Source: Rhodothermales bacterium
Lineage (GTDB): Bacteria; Bacteroidota; Rhodothermia; Rhodothermales; DATKEJ01
Assembly (NCBI GenBank): GCA_965222505.1
Contig: OZ244956.1
Location: 788,581-852,580, forward strand
DNA: 64,000 nt
Direction: 5' to 3'
The notes beneath the pieces are model-generated. The model was not told the DNA's origin. It did no database searches and was given only the letters and a program-made list of their open reading frames with translations. Below, piece after piece: positions 30,710 to 38,730 of the stretch. A program made the position numbers and the translations under genes. The first letter of the stretch is position 1. Every line of letters starts with the position of its first letter.

Positions 30710-31327
30710 ATGGACACGATTTATCTGGTGTGCCTCGTTGTCGGCGGGTTCTTCGTGGCCCTGTCCATTTTTGGCGGTGGCGACTCGGAGACCGACGTGG
30801 ATGCCGATTTTGATGTGGATGTAGACGCCGATGCTGATTTTGATCTCGATGTAGATACGGACGCTGAGATCGAGCTGGAAGTCGATCACGCTGGTGGAGG
30901 GATCGGAGGCAGCGGGGTGGATTTTATTGATCTGTTCAGCCTACGCTTCATCTTTCTATTTGCGGCCTTCTTCGGCCTGACCGGTGTGCTGCTCCAGACC
31001 TTTGGTGCGCAAGAGCCCTTCACGTTCATCACTTCCCTGCTCATGGGCCTGGGCATCGGCCTGGGTGGCAATTACATCATCAAACGCTTTGGCTATCAGT
31101 CAGTATCCAGCGAAGTGACCCAGCGCGAGCTAGTCGGCCGCACGGCCAAGGTGATGCTCCCGTTTGACGGTGACGAGAAAGGCAAAATCCGCCTGCTTGC
31201 CCGCGAGCAGCAACTCAACTTAATTGCCCGTGGCGTCCCAGGGGCCGAAGAAACCTATGCGCCGGGAGATGAGGTCGTAATTGTCCGGCTCGACGGAAAT
31301 GTGGCAGAGGTGATCAAACCGACCTAG
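30710..31327 (+). CDS. nfeD: NfeD-family membrane protein (partner of flotillin/SPFH) with an acidic DxD repeat insert
   Basis: 205 aa; N-terminal TM, acidic repeat DVDADFDVDVDADADFDLDVDTDAEIELEVD, further TM helices, C-terminal OB-fold-like beta domain (...GRTAKVMLPFDGDEKGKIRL...VVIVRLDGNVAEV). Confidence 0.7.
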   Translation: MDTIYLVCLVVGGFFVALSIFGGGDSETDVDADFDVDVDADADFDLDVDTDAEIELEVDHAGGGIGGSGVDFIDLFSLRFIFLFAAFFGLTGVLLQTFGAQEPFTFITSLLMGLGIGLGGNYIIKRFGYQSVSSEVTQRELVGRTAKVMLPFDGDEKGKIRLLAREQQLNLIARGVPGAEETYAPGDEVVIVRLDGNVAEVIKPT

Positions 31328-31375
31328 TAGACCCCTGATTCGTTATCCTTGTATTGAAAAATTGAGGCTACCCCT

Positions 31376-32626
31376 ATGGAATTTGCTTTTATCATCGCCG
31401 GTGTTTTGATCGTTGCCTTTTTGGCTATCATTGGCATCGTCCAGGCGAACCTTAAAATTTGCCAGCCCAATGAGGTGCTGGTCTTTAGCGGCAAGCAACG
31501 CAAGATCAGCGACGGTTCCAGCGTGGGCTACCGGGTCATCAAGGGTGGACGCGGGTTTCGCATGCCGATCATTGAGAAAGTGGACCGGCTGGACCTGACC
31601 GTGATCCCTATCGATCTGCGGATCGAAAACGCCTATTCCAAAGGCGGTATCCCGCTGACAGTGCGTGGGGTAGCCAACGTTAAAGTGGCATCTGGTGAAC
31701 CAGAACTCAGTAACGCCGTCGAGCGCCTGCTCGGTAAACCGCGAGACGAAATCCAACTGATCGCCAAAGAAACCCTGGAAGGTAACTTGCGTGGTGTGCT
31801 GGCCCTGCTGACTCCGGAAGAGGTAAATGAGGACCGGCTCAAGTTCGCCAAAAGCCTCATCGAAGAAGCCGACATCGATATGAACGCCCTCGGTCTGCAA
31901 CTCGACACCCTCAAAATCCAAAGTGTCGAAGACGACCGGGGCTACCTTGATGCCATCGGGCGGCAACAAACAGCCATGATTATCTCCGCCGCCGAAATTG
32001 TTGAAGCCGAGCGCAAAGAACAAGCCCGGCTGGTGGAAGCCAAAGCCGACAAGTCCATTATCCAGGCCGAAAATGAAGTACGGCTTGAAAAGGCCCGGCT
32101 GGATGCCCTCGCAGAGGCCGAAGAAGCCAAGGTCAATGTAGCCGCAGATGTGGCCCGCGCCCGCGCCGAACAGGAACTGGCCGAACAGGAAATCCTGCTG
32201 GCCGAAAAACGGCAGCGCAGTGAAGTCATTATTGCCGCCGAAGCCCAGCGCCAGGCCAAGGAAGAACTCGCCAAAGGGAACGCCGCCCGTATCTTTGAAG
32301 ATGGCAAGGCCGAGGTAGAAGTCCTTCGCGAAAAAATGGCCCTCTGGCAAGAAGCTGGCCCTGATGCCGAAAAACTCTTCCTGATCCAGATGCTGCCGGA
32401 TATCATGCGCGAACTGGTCAGCACCGTGCGGGACCTGAAGATTGATAAGATCACCGTCGTCGACAGCGGCCAAAGCCAGGGTGGTGGCGTACCCGCCGTC
32501 TTCAACCAGATTGCCGGGTCTACCCCTGCCCTGCTGGAAAGCCTCAAGGCATCGACGGGCATCGACATCGCTGGCCTCCTCCAGGGAACCGCCTCCGATA
32601 CCCAGGGCACCGAACCTCCAGCATAG
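31376..32626 (+). CDS. Flotillin-like SPFH/band-7 protein (FloA/YqiK family)
   Basis: 416 aa; N-terminal TM, SPFH domain, long EA-rich coiled coil (...AEAEEAKVNVAADVARARAEQELAEQEILLAEKRQ...). Confidence 0.85.
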   Translation: MEFAFIIAGVLIVAFLAIIGIVQANLKICQPNEVLVFSGKQRKISDGSSVGYRVIKGGRGFRMPIIEKVDRLDLTVIPIDLRIENAYSKGGIPLTVRGVANVKVASGEPELSNAVERLLGKPRDEIQLIAKETLEGNLRGVLALLTPEEVNEDRLKFAKSLIEEADIDMNALGLQLDTLKIQSVEDDRGYLDAIGRQQTAMIISAAEIVEAERKEQARLVEAKADKSIIQAENEVRLEKARLDALAEAEEAKVNVAADVARARAEQELAEQEILLAEKRQRSEVIIAAEAQRQAKEELAKGNAARIFEDGKAEVEVLREKMALWQEAGPDAEKLFLIQMLPDIMRELVSTVRDLKIDKITVVDSGQSQGGGVPAVFNQIAGSTPALLESLKASTGIDIAGLLQGTASDTQGTEPPA

Positions 32627-32667
32627 GAAAACCGGGATAGACGACTGTCGTCAAAGACCTTCGGGCA

Positions 32668-32708
32668 CAAAAAAACGGCAGGCTGCTTTGAGCTTAAGCA
32701 GCCTGCCG
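32668..32708 (-). terminator. Intrinsic terminator for the BON-LysM gene (minus strand)
   Basis: + strand: aaaaaaa cggcaggctgctt-tgagctt-aagcagcctgccg; on the minus strand this reads as a hairpin followed by a U-run. Confidence 0.65.
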
Positions 32709-32732
32709 TACATGCTAGCGCATTCGAGCCTG

Positions 32733-33137
32733 TTACGGGTTCGGAATCACCAGTTCCTGACCAACCTGGATCAGGTCCGGGTTATTGAGTTGGTCCGTAT
32801 TGGCATTGAAGATGGCCATGTACTTCATGGCATCGCCGTAGTAATGCTTGGCAATCTTGCTCAGGGACTCACCGGAGGTAACCGTGTGCTTGTGGTAATA
32901 GTCGGTGTTTTTTACACGGATATCGGCGCCGATATCCGTGGGGCTATTACCGCCAATTTCCTTGATCTTGTCCCAGAGGAGGTTTTTCTCATACGGGGTA
33001 TTCACGTGACCACCAATTTTCAGCTTCCCTTCTACTTCCTTCACGTATCCATCGGTAACGCCAAGTTCTTCGCCCAGGTTGAGCACGGGCTGATATTTTG
33101 CTTGCAGCGACATAGTGTGTTGTTGGTTTTGGTACAA
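32733..33137 (-). CDS. BON-domain plus LysM-domain protein (Kbp/YgaU-like)
   Basis: 134 aa; N-terminal BON-like region (...VKEVEGKLKIGGHV...); C-terminal LysM (HTVTSGESLSKIAKHYYGDAMKYMAIFNANTDQLNNPDLIQVGQELVIP). Confidence 0.7.
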   Translation of the reverse strand: MYQNQQHTMSLQAKYQPVLNLGEELGVTDGYVKEVEGKLKIGGHVNTPYEKNLLWDKIKEIGGNSPTDIGADIRVKNTDYYHKHTVTSGESLSKIAKHYYGDAMKYMAIFNANTDQLNNPDLIQVGQELVIPNP

Positions 33138-33321
33138 TAAATGGGGGTTGCTTCGAACCCTTTGTTCAGCTCAAGCGATAAGCCTATCTCTCACGGTTAA
33201 CCAAAACGTATTCCGTAATTCGAAACGAGCGTAGCGACTAACGAAGTAATTGCGTAAGGATGTTGTACGCAATACTTTCCTGGCGCTACACGTGAGGTCT
33301 CACACAACTTGAGTTACATGT

Positions 33322-35553
33322 TTACAAGTCCCAGGGTGTTTCGGTTTCTTCGAGGGCCACTTTACATAACATGTCGTGGAAGTTGCGCACCGGTTCATCC
33401 GGTCCTGGTTGCCGTTGAACGTACTGTCCGTCCGGTTGCAGATCCCATGACAGGCGGTTGTCCATCAGGGCCAGATCAAGGATTTGCTTGAACCGTGTCT
33501 GCAACATGGGATCTTCCAGCGGCGCAATGACTTCGACCCGGTCGTCCAGGTTGCGGCGCTGCCAATCGGCACTGCCATAATAATACCGGGGGGCTCCATT
33601 GTTGTGGAAGTAGTAAATCCGCGTGTGTTCCAGGAACCGCCCAATCATGCTGCTGACGCGAATGTTTTCGCTGTAGCGCGGCAGGCCGGGCCGCAAGCGG
33701 CAATGCCCCCGAATCAACAGGTCAATCTGCACGCCAGCGGAAGAAGCCCGGTACAACTCCTGAATGATTTTGATGTCATCCAGGGCATTCATCTTGGCGA
33801 TGATCTGCCCGTTGCCAAACTTTTTTTGATGCGTAATTTCCTTGCGGATGTGCTCGATGAAGCGCCGCCGCATGTCCCGCGGGGCCACCAGCAACTTCCG
33901 GTAGCGTTGTTCCGGCGAATACCCCGTGAGGTAATGGAAGAGGTTGATGAGGTCGAACCCCATGTCTTCTCCGCAAGACAGGTACCCGACGTCCGTATAC
34001 AACCGGGCCGTTTGGTGGTTATAGTTGCCGGTTCCGATGTGGTAGTAGGCCCGGATGCCGTCGTCGTCTTCCCGGATGACCAGGGCTGTTTTGGTATGGG
34101 TTTTCAGGCCCACCAGGCCGTAGGTCACATGCACGCCGGCATTTTCCAGTACCTGACCCCATTCCATGTTGTTGGCCTCATCGAACCGGGCTTTCACTTC
34201 TACCAAGACGGCCACCTGTTTGCCGCGCTCAGCCGCACGGACCAGGGCCTTGATGATGGGAGATTCGTCTGAGGTTCGGTAGAGGGTTTGTTTGATAGCC
34301 AGCACCTTGGGGTCGAGGGCTGCTTCTTCGATAAACCGGGCCACACTGGCCGAGAAGGATTCGTACGGATGATGGACCAGGAGATTGCCTTTTCGGATGA
34401 TCGAAAAGATGTCTCCGGCATCCCCGGAAGAGAGCTCTTCCCGAATGAGCCGGTTCGGCACCACAGGTTGCCAGGGGGTATACAGATGCTCCGGGAAGTT
34501 GTAGTTGGCCAGCTTCATGCAGTCTCGCACTTCGAGCAAGCCTTCGACTTCATACAAGTCGTCTTCGCCAAGATCGAGTTCATCCATGAGCAGGTGGCGA
34601 ACGTGCTCCGGCATGGTTTTCTCAACCTGAATGCGCACCACCCGGGCAAACCGGCGTTCCCGCAACTCTTCCGAAATCAAATCCCGCAGATCGGCCGCTT
34701 CTTCTTCGTTCCGGCTCAGGTCTGCGTTTCGGGTTACGCGGAAGGCGCTTACGCTCACCAATTCCATCCCCCGAAACAGCTCGCTGATGTTGTGGGCAAT
34801 GACCTGTTCGATGGGTACCAGGTGTATAGGGTTATCCCCCACTGGAATCCACCGCCCGCGTTGCCGAGGAACTTTCAGACGGGCAAAGTGCTCGGTCCCC
34901 CGCGTCGGATGACGGAGCAAAACGGCGAGCGACAGGCTCAGGTTTGAGATAAACGGGAACGGGTGGCTCGGATCAACGGCCAGCGGCGTCAGGATGGGAT
35001 AGATGTTGCGCATGAAATACCCATGCAACGCTTTCTTTTGGGCATTGCTCAGGTTGGCGTAATCATCTACGTTTAGTCCGACTTTGTCGCGCAGGGCCGG
35101 GCGAAGCAGGTACATCCACGTCTCCTGCATGGTTTGCTGCATTTGCAGCACAGCCGGCCGAATCAAGGTCAACTGTTGCGAGGGCGTACGTCCATCTGGA
35201 GACAAAATGCGGGCATCAGCGGCTTTCAGGCGCTTCAGGCCCCCCACCCGTTTCAGGAAAAACTCGTCCAGGTTATTGGCGGCAATCCCCAGAAAACGTA
35301 CCCGTTCGAGCAAGGGGATACGCTCATCCAGCGCCTGGTACAGGACGCGCCAGTTGAAGTCCAGCCAGCTCAATTCCCGATTAAAAATCAACTCGGGATG
35401 GCTATAGGACTTCAGCCCTTTGGGGGGCGGTACAGCCGTACCGGGCACGGAGAAGACGTGATGGGGAAGGGTCCCGTTGGAAGCAGGAGACGTTATCGTG
35501 GGTGCCGCTTCGTGTACATCGGCACCGTTGGTTTTATGTGTTTGCTTGGACAT
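33322..35553 (-). CDS. ppk: Polyphosphate kinase 1; the listed 807-aa ORF is over-extended, and the start is probably Met65 (MSKQTHK...)
   Basis: PPK1 N, H (phosphohistidine region ...HTKTALV...) and two C-terminal PLD-like domains. Confidence 0.9.
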   Translation of the reverse strand: MSKQTHKTNGADVHEAAPTITSPASNGTLPHHVFSVPGTAVPPPKGLKSYSHPELIFNRELSWLDFNWRVLYQALDERIPLLERVRFLGIAANNLDEFFLKRVGGLKRLKAADARILSPDGRTPSQQLTLIRPAVLQMQQTMQETWMYLLRPALRDKVGLNVDDYANLSNAQKKALHGYFMRNIYPILTPLAVDPSHPFPFISNLSLSLAVLLRHPTRGTEHFARLKVPRQRGRWIPVGDNPIHLVPIEQVIAHNISELFRGMELVSVSAFRVTRNADLSRNEEEAADLRDLISEELRERRFARVVRIQVEKTMPEHVRHLLMDELDLGEDDLYEVEGLLEVRDCMKLANYNFPEHLYTPWQPVVPNRLIREELSSGDAGDIFSIIRKGNLLVHHPYESFSASVARFIEEAALDPKVLAIKQTLYRTSDESPIIKALVRAAERGKQVAVLVEVKARFDEANNMEWGQVLENAGVHVTYGLVGLKTHTKTALVIREDDDGIRAYYHIGTGNYNHQTARLYTDVGYLSCGEDMGFDLINLFHYLTGYSPEQRYRKLLVAPRDMRRRFIEHIRKEITHQKKFGNGQIIAKMNALDDIKIIQELYRASSAGVQIDLLIRGHCRLRPGLPRYSENIRVSSMIGRFLEHTRIYYFHNNGAPRYYYGSADWQRRNLDDRVEVIAPLEDPMLQTRFKQILDLALMDNRLSWDLQPDGQYVQRQPGPDEPVRNFHDMLCKVALEETETPWDL

Positions 35554-35596
35554 GGGGGTGCGGTTTTTCCTCGGTGAGCCGCTTCCTCGTTCGGCA

Positions 35597-36719
35597 TTAA
35601 TTCGCCATGAGATAGGCCTTGATGAAAGGCTCAAGTTGCCCGTCCATGACGCTATTGAGGTCGGTGACTTTGAGATCTGTTCGGTGATCGTTGACCATCG
35701 TATAAGGATGAAAGACATAGGAGCGGATTTGGCTGCCCCATTCAATTTTTTTCTTGGACTTGGCGCGTTCCTCCTTGGCAGCTTCCCGAATTTCCCGCTC
35801 CAGCAGGTAAATTCGGCTCTTGAGCAGCACCATCGCCTTTTCCCGGTTCTGCAACTGGCTCCGTTCCTCGGTACATTCGGCCACGACGCGGGCTTCTTCG
35901 CCGTTGGACAGGTTGCCGGTCCAGATCAACCGAACGCCGGTTTCAACCTTGTTGACGTTTTGCCCCCCCTTGCCGCCGGAGTGAAAACGCTGGAGTTCGA
36001 CGTCGTCCGTGTTGACCTCCACCTCAATCGTGTTGTCGATTTCGGGATAGACAAAAACGCTGGCAAATGAGGTGTGCCGCCGCCCACTGGAATCAAACGG
36101 CGAAATGCGCACCAGCCGGTGTACGCCGGACTCGGCCTGGAGGTAGCCGAAGGCATAATCGCCCTCGAAACGCAAAGTGACACTTTTGATGCCCGCCACA
36201 TCGCCTTCCCTGCGTCCCAGCAACGTAACCTTATAGCCGCTGGACTCTCCGTATCGGGTGTACATCCGGAGCAACATTTCGGCCCAGTCCTGGCTCTCGG
36301 TACCCCCGGCACCGGGGTTGATGGTCATGATGGCGTTACGTATGTCATCTTCATCCTGCAACATGTTGCGCAGTTCGAGGACTTCGAGCCCATCCTGCAA
36401 CTTGGCTGCTTCATCCTGGATTTCTTCAAGGCCCGCATCAGGATCTTCGCTGACCAGTTCGATGAGGGTTTCCAGGTCGTCTCCGAGGGTTTTCAGGTGT
36501 TCGAAGGATTTGATCCAGTTTTTTTCCATGGCCAGTTCCTTCTCCACCACCTGCGCCGCTTGCGGATCATTCCAAAATGTAGGATCAAGCCGTTGGGCTT
36601 CCAGGCCAGCCACCTTTTTCCGGCGTCCGGCAATGTCAAAGGTATCCTCCGAGTGCGTCCACACGCACCCTCATTGCCTTGATGTCCTCCCGCGAGAACG
36701 TTGAAATCATTTCAGCCAT
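35597..36719 (-). CDS. prfB: Peptide chain release factor 2 with a programmed +1 ribosomal frameshift (frame-0 ORF MAEMISTFSREDIKAMRVRVDALGGYL-stop, then +1 frame continues DIAGRR...)
   Basis: Two overlapping ORFs in the track (36636..36824 and 35597..36664). Shift site reads GGAGGA TAC CTT TGA C (SD-like sequence plus CUU UGA C). Downstream GGQ motif (SGGKGGQNVNKVETGVRL) and SPF motif (ISPFDSSGRRHTSF). Confidence 0.9.
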
Positions 36720-36732
36720 AAGAAGCGGATAC

Positions 36733-37101
36733 CTAGCCGGTCGTTTTTCTGAATACAGCATTGTCCGACTGGGGCCGGACGAGTAGGCGAAGCTGGGTGC
36801 CAATGACGCCACCGAGTGCCCCAATCAAGAGACCAATACAGAGGCTCAGACCAATTACAAAGAAGGAAGACCCCTGGAAGAGGTCGCCCATAATGCCGAG
36901 CAGGCGGCCTGTTTCGGCGGGGGTTTCCAGAAGACGCTGCATCAGCAACATTCCCCAACTCAGCCCCACACCGAGGGCGCCATGCAGCCCTCCCCACCGC
37001 CCTTTAAGTACCCCGGCCACAATGCCGGCAAGGACCACCCAGGGCCACCCCAAGAGGAGGTGAAGGATGAGGGCAAGCGCCGCCGTTAATAAGATGATCA
37101 T
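36733..37101 (-). CDS. Small hydrophobic membrane protein (hypothetical)
   Basis: 122 aa, 3-4 predicted TM helices; no recognisable family. Confidence 0.35.
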   Translation of the reverse strand: MIILLTAALALILHLLLGWPWVVLAGIVAGVLKGRWGGLHGALGVGLSWGMLLMQRLLETPAETGRLLGIMGDLFQGSSFFVIGLSLCIGLLIGALGGVIGTQLRLLVRPQSDNAVFRKTTG

Positions 37102-37220
37102 CAGGTTGTGACAACATAATGGTCAATGGTCAAACGAGCGTAGCGACTAACGTAGTCATTGTCAACGGATGCCGCCCATTGACGCTTGTCGATTGCCCCT
37201 TTTCAATTGACCCTATTCGA

Positions 37221-38426
37221 CTATTCAATTTTGCAGCGTTCCACGAATCGGGTGATCCGGGTCACGGCTTCTTCGATTTGTTCGAGGGCCGTTGCGTAGG
37301 AGCACCGGAGGTAACCGGCTCCACTTGGGCCGAAGGCATCGCCGGGGACGCACGCCACGTGTTCTTCCTGTAGCAGGCGCTGGGCAAAATCTTCGGAGTT
37401 AAGGCCCGTCGAGCGGATGTCCGGGAAGCAGTAAAACGCGCCTTCCGGCTCAAAGGTGGGCAACCCGGCAGCCCGGAAGCCGTCAACGATGGTCCGGCGG
37501 CGGCGGTCGTAGGCTTGCCGCATACGCTCTACATCTTCCTGGCATTCTTCAATGCCGGCCAGGGCACCATTCTGGCTCATGGTGGGTGCACTCATGATGA
37601 TGTACTGGTGCAGCTTGTACATCGCGTCCCGAATCGCTGGGGGCGCACAAGCATAGCCTACGCGCCACCCGGTCATGGCATAGTTTTTCGAGAAACCGCC
37701 GAGGAGTACGGTTCGGTCCCGCAGGCTTTCGATGGCCGGGACGCACACGTGGCCGCGTGCGTAGGCTTCGCCGTAGACCAACCGGTCGTAAATTTCGTCC
37801 GAGATCACCAGCAAGTCATGCTTCAGCACCAATTCGGCAATCTCCTCCATATTCTCCTGACGCAACACGGCCCCTGTGGGGTTGTTCGGATAGGCCAGGA
37901 ACAGCACCTTGGTCCGGGGGGTGATGTACCGTTCGAGGTCGGCAGCGGTCACCTGAAAATCGGTTTCAACCGAGGTCGGCACATAGACCACTTTGCCGCC
38001 TGCAAAAACGGCAGTGGGGCCGTAAGAGACAAAGCACGGCTCGGGGATCAGAATCTCATCGCCGGGGTCGAGCAAGGCCAGCATGGTGAGTTGCAAGGCC
38101 TCGCTCACGCCGACGGTCACGATGATCTCACTGCCGGGGTCATAATGGACGTTGTAGAGGCGGCTCAACTCAGCCGAAATGGCATCGCGCAGTTCGCTGA
38201 TCCCGGCATTGGAGGTATAGCCCGTTTTCCCGGCTTCGAGCGAGGCAATGGCCCGGTCGATGATGGGGCGTGGCGAAACGAAATCCGGTTCACCGATCCC
38301 GAGGGAAATCACCTCATCCATGGTGGCTGCGATTTCGAAAAAGCGCCGGATGCCGCTTGGCGGTACAGTACGAACGCGTTCTGAAAGCCGCGTGTTCAGG
38401 TCCGGAAGCAGGGTCGTGGTAGCCAT
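37221..38426 (-). CDS. Class I/II PLP-dependent aminotransferase (aspartate/aromatic/2-aminoadipate aminotransferase-like)
   Basis: 401 aa; ...LGGFSKNYAMTGWRVGYACAP... (PLP-binding Lys region). Confidence 0.8.
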   Translation of the reverse strand: MATTTLLPDLNTRLSERVRTVPPSGIRRFFEIAATMDEVISLGIGEPDFVSPRPIIDRAIASLEAGKTGYTSNAGISELRDAISAELSRLYNVHYDPGSEIIVTVGVSEALQLTMLALLDPGDEILIPEPCFVSYGPTAVFAGGKVVYVPTSVETDFQVTAADLERYITPRTKVLFLAYPNNPTGAVLRQENMEEIAELVLKHDLLVISDEIYDRLVYGEAYARGHVCVPAIESLRDRTVLLGGFSKNYAMTGWRVGYACAPPAIRDAMYKLHQYIIMSAPTMSQNGALAGIEECQEDVERMRQAYDRRRRTIVDGFRAAGLPTFEPEGAFYCFPDIRSTGLNSEDFAQRLLQEEHVACVPGDAFGPSGAGYLRCSYATALEQIEEAVTRITRFVERCKIE

Positions 38427-38730
38427 AAAGCGTCTAATCAGTCATTGAAGGGCCGTAAAGACGAGTGTGGATGCCAAAGGTACCACTTTTGGGGTCATAT
38501 CAACAACCAATTTTCTATTGAGTTGTACCCAATTCTCGCACCCAAACTCAATAATTATTCGCAACCCTTTACTGATCCCCGGCGTTACTTTTGCTTTTAT
38601 CTATTTTTTGTACGCTGCACGTTGGGTTTTACAGACATGTCCCCACAGGGCCCCGCGCTGACCTGACGTGTACCGTAGAACGTCGCACCCTTCGCTTGCA
38701 CTCAGGGCAGGCTCCGAACATCGTACATAA

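Noticed and set aside
30790-30890. Possible CRISPR-like or tandem-repeat array
   Set aside because: The repeats are in-frame codon repeats (DxD) within nfeD, not spacer-repeat units. No CRISPR array was found anywhere in the window.
31942-32670. 242-aa minus-strand ORF opposite the flotillin coiled-coil
   Set aside because: S/A/R-rich low-complexity product, generated by the GCN/GAA-rich coiled-coil coding repeat on the other strand.
35554-35745. N-terminal 64 codons of the listed 807-aa ppk ORF
   Set aside because: PPK1 homology starts at MSKQTHK...; the extension overlaps the prfB 3' region and has no PPK similarity. This is start-codon over-extension by the ORF caller.
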